DNA of 64,000 nt, taken from Octopus vulgaris (lineage: Eukaryota). The translations under genes and the position numbers were made by a program. A model generated the notes under the pieces. It was not told the origin of the DNA, did no database searches, and worked only from the letters and a program-made list of their open reading frames with translations. The stretch lies in NCBI GenBank assembly GCA_951406725.2, contig OX597827.1:31496001-31560000 (forward strand), in the 5' to 3' direction. Within the stretch, counting starts at the first letter, position 1. Each line of letters begins with the position of its first letter. Positions 37,581 through 51,140 of this stretch are shown one piece after another.

Positions 37581-37985
37581 AGACCAACCTGTAGCCACCA
37601 CCTCATATATTTACTGAGAGGAGATCCATATCTAATTCATTGGTGTTAGTTAGGTCAAGCATACTCAAATCAAGTCATGATCAAAAAAATCCTCATGTAT
37701 TTTCTATATATGCTTCCAGCTGTGGCCATCACCCCATTTTGCACATGTACTGAGAATCAGTTTGGTTGCTATTGTTTGACCCCAGGTCAAACCTACTCAA
37801 ATAAACCTACAAACTTCTTGTTTTAAAATACTTTCAATGAAACCTTCCATCAAATTTTCATGTTAATTTATGCTCCAAACACCAGCTTAATAATGATAGA
37901 ATTAGTTTGATAAATTCTTCGTTACTTTCAAGGTTAATTGAAACAAAATCAGTGTATTTTAACAGAAATTTGCTAACAAAAAAGT

Positions 37986-38508
37986 TGTAGTAAAGATTGT
38001 TTGCCAACATAACATGGCAGTCCTGGTTTAGGACGAATGTTGCTGTAATTTAGCCCCAGGAGTCATCATCTCCAGCTGGCTATACGACATGATCTGTGTC
38101 CTTATATTTTTGAACAAGGGAATTTAGCACCCATACTCAGCTCAAAACAATATGTGTAACGCGATTTCTGGGTTATTTCTCTTCCTCAGTACAGAATAGT
38201 AATTTTCTCATTTTTAGATCAGTGACTAGTTGTCACTTTGAAAACTATATATTTCGAATGGGAATTTTGCAGCACCACCTCTAGCTGAATAATTATTCTG
38301 TGCTGATGAAGGCAAATAACCCAGAAATCCCGATACACAGATATTGTTTTGGGCTGAGTGGTGGTGCTAGATTCCCTTGTTCAAAAATATAAGGACACAG
38401 ATCGTGTTGCATAGCCAGCGGGAGACGATGTCTCCTGGGGCTAAATTACAGCAACGTTCGTCCTAAACCAGGACTGCCATGTTATGTTGGCAAACAATCT
38501 TTACTACA
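37986..38508. mobile_element. fold-back element with ~215-bp inverted arms and HHR
   Basis: Arms 37986-38200 / 38290-38508; HHR at 38298-38340: ctgtg CTGATGA agg caaataac cca GAAA tc cc ga TA cacag. Confidence 0.75.
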
Positions 38509-38611
38509 AAGTACTGTTGCTGAATATCTCTCGATGTGAGATTTAAGAATAGTAATTTTCTAATAAAAGAGTTAATACAAATATGGAAAGGTTAATATTG
38601 GATGCCGTTAA

Positions 38612-38905
38612 CCCTTTTGATGCCAACCCTTTTGATGCCAACCCTTTTGATACCAACCCTTTTGGTGCCAACCCTTTTGATGCCAACCTGAGACAGATCC
38701 TAGTTTTGTGATAGAAAATCCTGGTTTTAAAGTGATCCAAACCATCAAAATTTCATGTTTAATAATTTCTGCTTAAATTTCAGCTTAATAATATAATATA
38801 ATACACTTACTGGCTTCCGGTATACGGAGCTTTTGACTGGTAGCACTTACATGTGCAAGTTGTTTGCAAGACATATATTTGAACAGAAATATGGTAACAA
38901 AAGGG
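38612..38905. mobile_element. piggyBac-like MITE with tandemly repeated left end
   Basis: ttaa|cccttttg ... caaaaggg|ttaa; aacccttttgatgcc x5 at 38610-38688. Confidence 0.65.
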
Positions 38906-39396
38906 TTAAACATCTAAAACTTGCCCAACATCATGGCAAAGGAAGAAGAAGGGCCACTGGTATTTGTTGTTTTGTGAGTAGTGGAATTGTGAGACACAGG
39001 TCTAATGGTCAACAGGTTTGCTGCACTGCTCTTAATTTAGAAATATAAAAATTCCTCCTTTGCATCAGTTGTGGAACAATGATGATGAGAATCAAGCAAC
39101 GCCAAAAACTGTTGCTGTCAGCAGCAGCAGCATCACCATTTTAATATTCACTTTCCCATAGGTTAGATGGAATTCTTTGATGCAGATTTCCTATGGCCAG
39201 GTGCCCTTTCTGTCACTAGCCCTCACCTGTTTCTAAGACAGGTAATACTTTCCCATGACCAGATATGTTTTCGCAGAAGATTGGAAATGAAGGACATTGC
39301 ATCTATGACAGAAATACTCATTTACAACAATCAAATACTCTCAAGACAACTAGACACCAACACACACAAACACATACAACAAGCTTCTTTCAGTTT

Positions 39397-39630
39397 CTTA
39401 TTTCTTTACTGCCCACAAGGAGCTAAACATAGAGGGGACAAACAAGTATAGACAAAAGGGTTAAGTCGATTACATTGACCCCAGTGCATAACTGGTACTT
39501 AATTTATCAACCTTGAAAGGATGAAAGGCATAGTCGACCTTGGCAGAATTTGAACTCAGAATATAACGGCAGACGAAATACTGCTAAGCATTTCGCCTGG
39601 CGTGCTAATGTTTCTGCTAGCTCACCGCCT
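39397..39630 (-). mobile_element. MetaSINE-like SINE nested in a CORE-like SINE
   Basis: Same family as 4035-4480; flanked by a duplicated cttctttcagtttct. Confidence 0.7.
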
Positions 39631-40070
39631 TCTTTCAGTTTCTGTCTACCAAATCTACTAACAAAGCTTTGGTTGGCTTGAGATTTGTAGGAGACACTTG
39701 CCCAAGGTGTCACACAGTGGAACTGAACCTAGAACCATGTGGTTAGGAAACTGAGCTTCTTAACCACATAACTATTCCTGCATCACATATTGGACATCAT
39801 ATTCCAAAAAATATTATCATCTCTAAAGATACAAAGTTAATAGTTTCAAAAATGATAATCTAAAAAAAAAGAAATCTTTTCAAATATTTAAGCATTTAAT
39901 TATAACCCTTAATTATAACCCTTATTTAACACAAATATGACATCTGCTGTTGGCCAGTGATCAAACTGGCTGAAGCGTAGTTTAAATGTAAACATAAAAC
40001 AACTTTTGATCTTTGAAGAAGTTAATAATCGGGAAAATTATAATCTAAAAAGAAATTTTGCTTTGTTTAC

Positions 40071-40208
40071 CTTGACTTGTTGTAAATATTCATATATATG
40101 AGCTTCTATGTCTTTGGAATTTGCATCATAAGTGCCTAGCAGAGAGATGCAATGATCAAGAAACTGAGTTGCGTCTTCCTCCAAAACTGTTGATTGGGAG
40201 GTTGCCAT
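40071..40208 (-). CDS. putative host first coding exon (46 aa; tentatively CFAP99-like)
   Basis: Pyrimidine-rich acceptor ...tttttaattag (exon begins at 40222), ATG at 40208, open frame MATSQSTVLEEDATQFLDHCISLLGTYDANSKDIEAHIYEYLQQVK, phase-0 donor AAG|gtaaac. Family resemblance is from memory only. Confidence 0.45.
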
Positions 40209-40299
40209 AGTTCTTCGGTAACCTAATTAAAAATACACCAAACAGAAACAATAAAAAAATATAGATAGATGTGCATACATATATACATACACACATTGT

Positions 40300-40790
40300 C
40301 ATCATCATCATCATTTAATGTCCATTGTTCATGCTGGCATGAGTTGGACGGTTTGACCAGGGCCGGCAAGCTGGAAGGCTGCCCCAGACTCCAGTATGTT
40401 TTGGCACGGTTTCTATGACTGGATGCCCTTCTTAACACCAACCACTCCGAGAGCGTAATGGGTGTTTTTATGTGCCACCAGCATGGGTGCCATTTGTGTG
40501 ACACCAGTATGTGCCACGGCTGTGGTTTTGCTTAGCTTGATGGATCTTCTTCTCAAGCACCGCATAATGCCAAATGGTCTCAGTCCTTGCCTCCGTGAGG
40601 CCCAACGCTTGAAAGGTGCTTTTATTACATGCCACTGGCACAGGTGCCATTTGCATGACACCAGTATCAGCCATGACTGCGATTTTACTTGGCTTGATGA
40701 GTTTTCTCCTTGAGCACAACATAATGCCAAAGATCTGGGTCATTACCTCTGTGAGGGCCAACATTTGAAAGGAGCTCAACCACTTTGCCT
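40300..40790 (-). mobile_element. RTE-type 3' UTR fragment
   Basis: (cat)n + ttaatgtccattgttcatgctggcatgagttggacgg, related to the RTE tail family. Confidence 0.65.
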
Positions 40791-41236
40791 CTGTATGCAT
40801 ACATATACATATATATAAACATCATCATCATCATTATCATTTAACATCCACCTTCTCTGCTCACATGGGTTGGATGATTTGACAGGAACTGGCCAGGCAG
40901 AAGACTGCACCAGACTTCTGTGTCTGTTTTAGCATGGTTACTTATTGCTGGATGCCCCTTCTTATACCAACTGCCCCATAGAGTGGGCAAAGTGCATTTT
41001 ATATGGCACCAGCAAATATATAAATTTGCTGTTTTTGTTTGTTATAGTTTGTTTGTTTTGTTTATTCCTGGTGAAAAACTGACAATAAACAAGAAAAATA
41101 ACAATCTATCAAGTTTTTAAAGCATTTTAAAATGAAAGTAAATCTGTTTAAATATATCCTTGTGTGTGTGTGTGTGTATTCTACTCAGACAATTACTAAA
41201 TCACTAGGTGTAGGAGTGGCTGTATGGTAAGTAGCT

Positions 41237-43269
41237 AGCTTCCCGCACATGTGGGTTGATGTTGCTTACTACAGTGAACCAAGGTGGATATGAGTGTGTT
41301 GGCTCTGTCCAATATTGAACTGAAAGAAAAAAGAACGACGGCAGCATAAGCTCATCGAGGTAGGTGGTTTTGTTTTCGTTTGAGCTGGGTGTAATTTGCC
41401 AAATAGTAATTGTTTGTTTGTTGATAAATTTCACCCAGCTCTGAGGCAATTCTGCCTGCTGCCAGCGGCTGCTGTTTGTTGTTTTATTGGGAAAAAAGGG
41501 GGCATATCCTCTCTCGAGCTTACTGGACTTTGCCGTTGAAACTTGTTGGAATTCCATTGAACCTACGAAGTTGGCCAGGAGTACCTGTTGGCCATTGATG
41601 TTTGCTGTGTGAACTGTTTTTCTTTCTTTTTGGAGCTGTTTTTGTGTTTCTTTTGAATTTTATTTTTATTCATTTTTTTAACTGACTTGTTTATTTCTTT
41701 TTGGACTCGTTAATTTATTAGGATTTTCCTTCTTCTTTTGAATTGATTTTTAACATGGCAAATGCAAAAGTGCCTTAGAATGGGAGGTGGTCCCACCTAA
41801 GCAATGGACTGAAAGCCTTGAAAGAAGGACGGTGGTACTACGGACCTATTCCAGGTCACGTGATGCCATCGCCCTCTTCGACAAGGGTATTATTAATAAA
41901 GAGCTGGCAAAATGTTTGCCAGCCAAAAATTATTACGTAACCAGGGGTGTCAAATATGCCACGGTGTGGCTGCTTTTCGACACTCCTGAGGAGGCTTGCA
42001 CTGTGGCAGGCCAGCCCCTGGAAGGGGAGGAGATTTTGTTTCTTCCCACATATCGTGGGAAGGTGATAATGGCCTGGGTATGTGGTGTACTCCCAGGCAC
42101 CGAAGCGAGGTGGATTGCAGATGCCATCTGGTGGGGCCTGGGGGATAGCGGGCCCAGGCTTTTAAATACAGAGATAAAGCCTGCGGTCGACTGGGAGGGT
42201 GCAAAGGCAACTTTGACCTTATGGACCCCAGTGCCCGCAGGTGAAATGACTTTCCCGGATTTTTAAAAAATGGATGACTCAAGGTATCCAGTGATACTTG
42301 AGGGTCGCCCCCCCCCTGTGTTACTCATGCTTGGAGTCAGGCCACATTAAGAAGGACTGCCCCCAGGGCCATGGTAAGGTCCCGGAGCAGGGAAAGGTGA
42401 AGGTGTCCTCCGCTCTCCCATTGCAGGGAGAAACGGCGGAAGTCATTGAGGCATTGGCCTCAACAAGAAGGAAAAGAAAGGTGAGCAACAATGGTTGCTC
42501 ACCAACAGATGCGCAGGTTGTGGGAGAGGAGGAGGACCCGCCCCTCGTTGTGCTGGTGGAGGCTCCGACTCCCACACCCGTAAGAAAGAAAAAGAGATGG
42601 AAGAGAAACGGGAGGCGGTCGGTGGATATCGCTGTGCTGCCGACGGAATCCGATGCTCCTCTGGTGGAAGGTGTGCCACCAGAGCGAGAGGCTCTATCAG
42701 TGGGAATTGTGCCACTGACAGAGTGGGCTGAGGCCCCTCCCCGTGAGGAGACGTGAAACCCGTCGTTTTCTATCTCAGGAAAGGGCCTGTCGAGAAGTGC
42801 TTGGACGGGCTTCCAGGCCAAGAACGATTGGACTCGGTTTGTATAGACTGTCCAAACTGGCCTCCGCAGGTGGCTGCGGACGTCGTGAGTCAGAAGGAGC
42901 TGTTCGAGGTGATACTGACCTGTAATAAGGAAGATTTTGCTTTCCTATTTCCGGGCCCCGACCTGCCGATGCAGGCTTTCCTGCAGGTGACATGTCATTT
43001 GCTTGGGGGCTCCAATGAGGAGGATTGATCTTTTAGATTGTGTGTATATTGAATAATTTATTATATATATTTGTAATGGACTATTAAGTCCAATAATTGT
43101 CGTTTTTGATGGAAAAAAAAACAATGTTTTAGAGAAGCAGAAAATCGGTGGGCGTTTTCTGCCTTCTCTCATCAATATCATCCTTGTTTCATCATTCACC
43201 TCATCAATGTATATGTCCAGCCCACAAGCCATTCTTTGTAATGCCTTTATGGCAAATCTTAATGAAATA
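41237..43269 (+). mobile_element. ORF1-only (HAL1-like) non-LTR element with Tx1/L1-type zinc-knuckle ORF1
   Basis: Joining 41787-43028 across a stop and frameshifts gives ..YPVILEGRPPLCYSCLESGHIKKDCP (CCHC); no RT; 8-bp TSD aagtagct (41229-41236 / 43270-43277) splitting a CORE-like SINE. Confidence 0.7.
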
Positions 43270-43399
43270 AAGTAGCTTGCTTACCTACCACATGGCACTT
43301 TGGGCAAGTGTCTTCTACTATAGCCTCAGGCCGACCAAAGCCTTGTGAGTGAATCTGGTAAATGGAAACTGAAAGAAACCCGTTGTATATATGTGTGTA

Positions 43400-43462
<63 letters not shown>

Positions 43463-43729
43463 GTGTGTCTGTTTTTGTCCTCCCAACATCGCTTGACAAC
43501 CCATGCTGGTGCGTTTATGTCCCCGTAACTTAGCAGTTCGGCAAAAAGAGACCAATAGAATAAGTACTAGGCTTACAAAGAATAAGTCCTGGGGTCGATT
43601 TGCTCAACTAAAGGTGGTGCTCCAGCATGGCCACAGTCAAATGACTGAAACAAGTAAAAGAGTAAAAAAAGAGTAAATGACCTGTTATAGCAAAATCAAT
43701 GACAAGAAAGGATTCCAGCTGTAACATAA

Positions 43730-44470
43730 CTTGGTGATTAAGATGTGTGTAGAATCAAAGAGTATTAAAGATCAAGACTTGCTGCATAGGATCAAGGTAA
43801 ATGTCAGATCAAGGTCTGTGTAGGATCACAATAAGCATATGGTCAAGATGTATGTGAGATCATGGTGCGTTAGGATCAAGATCTGCATGGAGCTAAGATG
43901 AACATAGATTCAGTGTCTGTGTAGATCTAAGTAGGGTCAAGTGATCCTACATATTATTAATGTGTGTGGAGGATCATTATAAGCACATGATGAAAATGAG
44001 TGTGAGATCAAGATGTACAGGGCTGGCCAAAAGTCACCTGACAGTAAACCAAGATTCCATAAATACTATCTGTAGTTCTGTATTGACACAAATGGAAAAA
44101 TGTGTCACTCAAGGACGACTTCTGTTTGAACTATTTTCATGATGTTTCGTATTTAGATGTTTTTACTAAATTCATTCAATTGTTGAATGAACTTAATAAT
44201 GTCCACCTTCTATGCTCACATAAATAAATCTTGGAATTAAATGGTTTTGATTTACTGTCAGGTGACGTTTGGCCAACCCTGTATACGAGATAATGATAAT
44301 CTTCAGATCAACATGAAATCAAAGTACGATTAGGATTAAGACTTGCATAGGATTATGACAAATGTAGGACCAAGATGTGTAGAAGATCATGTTGTGCATA
44401 GGATCAAGATGGATTAGAGATCGAGATGAGAGTGGGATCAAGACAAACGAAGAATTAAGATGAAGATACA
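43730..44470. repeat. degenerate short-period minisatellite (ggatcaagatgtgtgta-like)
   Basis: Recurring gatcaag/ggatca motifs at roughly 20-bp spacing. Confidence 0.55.
44018..44281. mobile_element. Tc1/mariner-like MITE
   Basis: ta|cagggctggccaaaagtcacctgacagtaaa ... tttactgtcaggtgacgtttggccaaccctg|ta, ~31-bp TIRs. Confidence 0.85.
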
Positions 44471-45336
44471 AGCAAAATTCTGTGGATGTTGAACCAGCAA
44501 GGGGAAGCTGCTGACCTCCCCTGTTTGAAGGTTGTAATGGTCACAGGTTTGTGTGTCACATAGCTAGCTAGAGACGATGGCTTCTTGGAGCTAATCAACA
44601 GCAGCTTTTGTCCTATTTCTCTGGACTGCCACGTTAGTTTGGCAATAACTATTAATATCCAGTACTGCTGCCGTAGTCTCCTTTAGAGAGATTTAGAAAT
44701 ATTAATATTTTTAGATTTAGAAATATTAATATTTTTATCTATGTAAAATATTCTGCATGTAAATATAAAATACAAGCCAGCTGAAAGGAAGCAGATGAGC
44801 ATAAAAAATATCTTAAGTATAAAGGGGGAGAGGTTTTACAGGTGTGGTTAAATAAGGTGAATGGATGAAGAAGGCTTGGTAGAAAAGCTCCACTGGTCCT
44901 GAGTGGAAGATTACCAGTGGTAGAAGATGGTCAAGAAAGCTGTTGTTGTTGTTATTGCTGCTGATTAAAGTTAACTGAGCAAATGTGCAATGAAGAACTT
45001 TTGTATCGTTTTAGGGAGATCTGGACTACACTGTCCAGTGTGCCTTTCTTGTTTAAGATACTGGAATTTGAGCAAGATTTTTCCGCTATTTCTAGCAGGG
45101 CAAGCAACCACTTAGAGACTCTCTTTGTTGGTTTGAGTCAGAAGCTTTCAGGTTTGATAAGCAGTATGGATGAAACCACAAAATGAGAGAGTGGCTATAT
45201 AGTGTTGGCGTGAGCGCCTATATTGCATGTGTGTGTGAGTGTGTGCATGTGCATGTGTGTGTGTGCACGTGTGTGCATGTGCATGCATGTGTGGGTGTGT
45301 GTGTGTGTGTGTGTGCCTGTTTGCATGTGTATATAT

Positions 45337-45758
45337 ATTCTTTTATTCTTTTACTTGCTTCAGTCATTTGACTGCGGCCATGCTGGATCACTGCCTTTAG
45401 TTGAACAAATCAACTCCAGTACTTATTCTTTGTAAACCTAGTACTTATTCTATCAGTCTCTGTTGCCAAACTGCTAAGATATGGGGACGTAAGCACACCA
45501 ACATTGGTTGTCAAGCAATGGTGGTGGGGATCAAACACAGACACATAAACATATACATACATAACATATATACACACACACACACACACACATATACGAC
45601 AGGCCTCTTTCAGTTTCCGTTTACCAAATCTATTCACAAGGGTTTGGTCAGCCTGAGGCTATAGCAGAAGACACTTGCCCAAGGTGCCATGAAGTGGGAC
45701 TGAATCCGAAACCATGTGATTGGGAAACAAGCTTCTTACAATACAGCCACGCCTGCAC
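45337..45758 (-). mobile_element. CORE-like SINE
   Basis: Family match; further copies at ~46570-46954, 47777-48191 and 54330-54721 (all -). Confidence 0.75.
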
Positions 45759-46770
45759 TTATACACATGTATAAGCGAAATATATCCTGACAGATATTTA
45801 TAAAGCACTTAGTGTTAAATGAATTTGGTTAAGTATATATCAAAGCAATCAGATACCAATATATGCAAGTAGAATAAACATCCATGGTAATTCTTCATAA
45901 ATGACAAGTAAATCCAAATATTGCTTAGAAGAAGAAGAAGTGATATTCAGGTTCAAGAAATTCGGAATATGAGACAACAAAAATAAGAATGGAGAAAATC
46001 ACGTCTTTAATTTTATGTGTGGGAGGGTGGAGGGATTGATAGGTCGAGGCAGATGTGTGTAAAGTGTTCGGTGTTGGATGGAATTTGATTGGGTATATCA
46101 AACAGTTGGATGCCGAAGGATTCGGGTGGAATTGACATCCGGAATAATTCATCATGTGTGACAGGTGAATCAGGGTATTGCTTGGAAGAGTTTCAAGAGG
46201 TGTGTGGGACAGCAGGAGCAGGAATGGAAGGGTTCACATATTTAATCTGTGATTGCACCATGAATTACTGATAATCATTTCCATTATTTTTCTTCTAAAC
46301 ATTCTTTTTACATGCAGTCACCTAATGGAGATATTTTCTCAGTTCACTTTGAATTTTGGACTGCTATGGTAACGTTGTGTTAGCATAAGCTTTCAGATAT
46401 ATTTATTTGACTTTTTTCTGTATCTAAATTTTCTGATACACTAGAAACACTCATCCGCATTGGATGGTGTAATCACCAATTAAAGATTTGATATTCTCCA
46501 TTCCTATTCTTATTATGGATGTGTGGTTTGTGTGTGTGCGTGTGTGTGTTTGCACATATATATGTGTGTTTTTCCTTTTATTTGACTACAGTCATGCTTG
46601 AGCATCACCTTTAGTTGAACAAATCGACCGCAGAACTTATTCTTTATAAGCCTAGTACTTATTCTATCGGTCTCTTTGCCAAACCACTAAGTTATGGACA
46701 CGTAAACACACCAGCATTAGTTATCAAGCAGTGTTGGCAAGGACAAACACACATACATATATATACATAC

Positions 46771-46829
<59 letters not shown>

Positions 46830-48227
46830 ACTTCTTTCAGTTTCCGTCTACCAAATCCACACACAAAGCTTTGGTCGGCCTGAGACACAGTGGGACTGAA
46901 CCTGGAACCATGTGGTTGGTAAGCAAACTACTTACCACACAGCCACGCCTGTGCCTATAAGCCATGCCTAGACTCTCCCGTTGTTAGATGACATATGAGG
47001 GTTTGACAATTTCTTACCGAACAACTACACAGATGATTTGTTTACAGTGATCAAATGTTTGTGCAGACATAAGCTCACTCCCTCTAGCAAATCGACATTA
47101 CCTGTACTGGTGCAACTGGGTGCCACATGTAAGATGACGAAATGATCTCAGCTCAAGAACACAATGCAATGCCCGGTCTAGGAATTGAACCACCGATCTC
47201 ACAATCATAATTGCAGCACCTTAACCACTAAGTCGTGTGCCTTCATACACACACACATACAGAGAGGGGGAGAGGGAGAGGGAGAGAGGGAGAGAGAAAG
47301 ACTTTGCTCTTCATCTTTCTGGGGTCAGTGAAATAAGTACCAGTTGTACACTGGGGTCAATGTAATCGACTTAACTACTTCTAGCTAAGAGTATAGAAAC
47401 TGCACCTCTCTGCTAAGCGATGTCAAGCCAGCGAACAAGAGTGGGTTCATCAAACTGGTATAAACTCAAGCTCAAATTCACAACCTCCTCATCAGATCAT
47501 GGTTGCAGGAGAGAAAATGCTCAGTGGACTGACCACAGGCAATCCAATCCAATCCCTCTCGACGAACAAGACTGTCATAAATGACAGGTTTCAAATGGAC
47601 CAGTCATTTGTTCGATCTCAGGGCATTTCCTGACTTTGAGAATAAGAGGGGAAAATTCATGAAACTCATGCTGGAAAAGTATTGCAAGGAACTTCCCTCA
47701 AAGAATATCATACTTAGATAAAAGATAGCTACATACATACAATCATATATGTATATATATATATATATATATATACACTCTTTTACTTGTTTCAGTCATT
47801 TGACTGTGTCCATGCTGGAGTACCGTCTTTAGTCGAGCAAATCAACCCCAGAACTTATTCTTTGTAAGCCTAGTACTTATTCTATTGGTCTCTTTTGCCG
47901 AACCACTAAGTTACGGGGACGTAAACACACCAGCATTGGTTGTCAAGCAATTTTGGGGCAACAAACACAGACACACAAACGTATACGCACACACATACAC
48001 ACACACACATATACATATACACACATATACATATATATGATGGGCTTCTTTCAGTTTCTGTCTACCAAATCCACTCACAAGGCTTTGGTTGGCCCGAGGC
48101 TATAGTAGAAGACACTTGCCCAAGGTGCCACACAGTGGGACTGAACCCGGAACCATGTGGTTCGTAAGCAAGCTACTTACCACACAGCCACTAACAAAAG
48201 AGGGTGTGTATTTCCATGCAGGAAAAA

Positions 48228-48422
48228 ATATAGGCAAATTTGCTGTTGAAAATGCACCTAAATTTGAAAAACTTGTAATTGATTAAAATTAATTTATTTG
48301 CACATAGACCAAACAAGTCTCAGTTGTTAATTGTTGAAACTAGTTTGGTGTATATGTAAATAAATTTATTTTAAATAATTGCAAGTTTTTCAAATTTAGG
48401 TGCATTTTCAACAACAAATTTG

Positions 48423-48428
<6 letters not shown>
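48228..48428. repeat. ~200-bp imperfect palindrome abutting (TA)n
   Basis: ataggcaaatttgctgttgaaaatgcacctaaatttgaaaaactt... / ...aagtttttcaaatttaggtgcattttcaacaacaaatttgcctat. Confidence 0.8.
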
Positions 48429-48484
<56 letters not shown>

Positions 48485-48681
48485 GATTTTCTTTAGGCAT
48501 AATGTAATAATAGCCAGTTGTTAGAACTCAATTTTTATGCTTTAGTAGCATCAGGATAGTACTAAGTATAATATTAGTAAATGAATGAGAAAAGAACAGG
48601 ACTTATATAATTGCCTTCATTACTTTACAGCTGTTTCTAGTATAAAATGCATTGTACTGGGAGTAGAGCGTTGTACAATGT

Positions 48682-48714
<33 letters not shown>

Positions 48715-50582
48715 AGCTGTATAGTAACTTCACCAGTGCTGGTGACATGAAATAAAGCACCAAGTACACGCTGTAAAATGGTTGCCATCAGGAAGGGAAT
48801 CTAGCCATAAAAACCAGGTCAAAGAGGGCATTGCAGCACAATGCAATCTTCAGATTGATTCTGTCAAAGTGATCATCCCATACGAGGAAAACAAACATAA
48901 AGATAAATGTTTCCTTCAAACATGTATTTCTTATTTCAAAAAATATTCAAACAATGAATATTTCAAAAGAAAACTAGGCTTGGTTTACCAGCTGGTGATT
49001 GGAAAAGAGTAACTCTGAGTCCTGGAAATCACAGCCTTTCAGTTATAATGTATTCAAGAATGCTCTTCATTTATTTGAGTCTTGTGATTAATTGCTTCTG
49101 CTTAATCAACAGATATAACAACACACATGCCTTGTGTATGTGTGTTCAGTTTCGTTTATATACCTCGGGCTGCTTCAAATTCATATTTGAACTTTTTTTC
49201 CATGGCATGAAATGGTGAGACATGCCAGCGAATGGTTTTTAAACCATTTAGCAAAGTCGTAGTCGGTAATGTGATCTCTTTAGTTGGCACTAGGGCCAAA
49301 ACACAGAGGAAACAGCACAAAGACAGACAGAACATCACAGTGGGGACAAAAACACAAAACAAATGAAAAATGGTAAAATGTACAATGAAATCGATGGGGA
49401 TGAAATGGCTGCATGCACCCCACTCACATGCGGCACCATTTGAACATTCTTACTTCCCGTTTATTATCTTTTTCAGTGTTTTTTCCTATTAGCTTCGTTT
49501 TGTTTTACTCTTTTTTCCCTCCTCTTTTTTAAAGCACAATTTACTCTCTTTTTTTAATATCTTATATATGGCTCTACTGGCTGTAGTTCCTCAAACTCCA
49601 CTATGAATCCTGGTGGTTCAACATTACACTTTTCTTTCAACCCGCTATAGTTGGTGATGTGGGTTGCAGTAGGCCTTGTTCAGTATGCAACATTAATAAG
49701 TCAAAGGAATGAAGAAACATCGATGTCTGTTGCTCCGAGAAATGACTTGATGTGAGTTGTCTGTGAGTTCAGGTGTTTTTATTTTGTTTACACCAGGCAC
49801 AGAGAGAATATATTCTTTTACGCTTAAAATGCAGAGCTGACACATGAACTAACAACACACAGGCCTTGTGGATTAGTGTTCAAATTTGTTATATACCTTG
49901 AGCTACTTCTAATTCATATTTGAATTTTTTCCATGGCATGAAATGTTGGGACATGCCAGCAGATGGCTTTTAAACCGTTTAGCATATAGTTATAGTCAGC
50001 AATATGTTGTTTGGTATGCAGCATTGAAAAGTCACAACAATGATGAAACATCGATGTCTGTCACTCCAAAAAGGGACCTGATGTGAGTTGTCTCACTTGC
50101 CCACGACTTGTTTTCAGGTTTTTAACCCATTAGTACCCGAATTTGTTTCTTAATTTATTACAAAAAAATCTTTGTTTTTATACAACTTTATCTGATACTA
50201 ATATATAAAAAAAATTTATTGCAGTAGGTGTAATATTAGAAAGAGACACTCCAGTCTTGATGACTAACTAAAGATATCTCAGAAAAATACAGGTGTTGCA
50301 GAAGGATTATCCTTCTGGTCCTAAAAAAAAGGGATAAATTTTCAGATTAACACCTGCACGATTTTCACCAAAAAAATTTTTTTAAACCCTGATTTTTTGC
50401 GTGGAATCAAGTACCCTGATCTCTTAATATGCTGCAAATCCCATATTTTGTTTTGAAAGCCCCACCCCCACCCCCCACCCAAATTTTCACTAAGGAAAAA
50501 ATTTGGATTTTTTGCGTGGAATCAAGTACCCTGACTCCTAATATGCTGTAAATCCCATATTTTTGGGTCGGATGGGAGGGGG

Positions 50583-51020
50583 GGATAAAATCTTTATAAG
50601 AATTTATCAAGTAGTTAGCATGAAAAACTTCATAAAGGAAAAATTTATTAATTATTCCCTTTAAATATATTTATTTGTGCTGTTCGTCTAGTATGTTGAT
50701 TTTTTGTTCATTTTTATATGTCTTGATTATGCATGCACTGCAGATTAAAAAGTGCATTATGTACACTAATTATGAAATCATATGATTTGCAACTGAATCT
50801 GTTTTTAAAAGGCTCGCTTCGAGAGTTGCATTCCCTCGCATTTGGTACGTGTTTATTATGGTAGATTTTGACTTTAAGAGTCCCTCCTAGAGTGAAGCAT
50901 TTATGTATAGTAATGTCCTTAATGTAAATAAATATATTTAAAGGAAATAATTAATAAATTTTTCCCTTATGAGGTTTTTCACGCTAACTACTTGATAAAT
51001 TCTTATAAAGATTTTATCCT
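50583..51020. repeat. fold-back element with ~90-bp inverted arms
   Basis: ggataaaatctttataagaatttatcaagtagttagc... / ...gctaactacttgataaattcttataaagattttatcc. Confidence 0.75.
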
Positions 51021-51031
51021 ATTTTTAAATA

Positions 51032-51066
<35 letters not shown>

Positions 51067-51089
51067 ATATATATATATATATATATATA

Positions 51090-51140
<51 letters not shown>

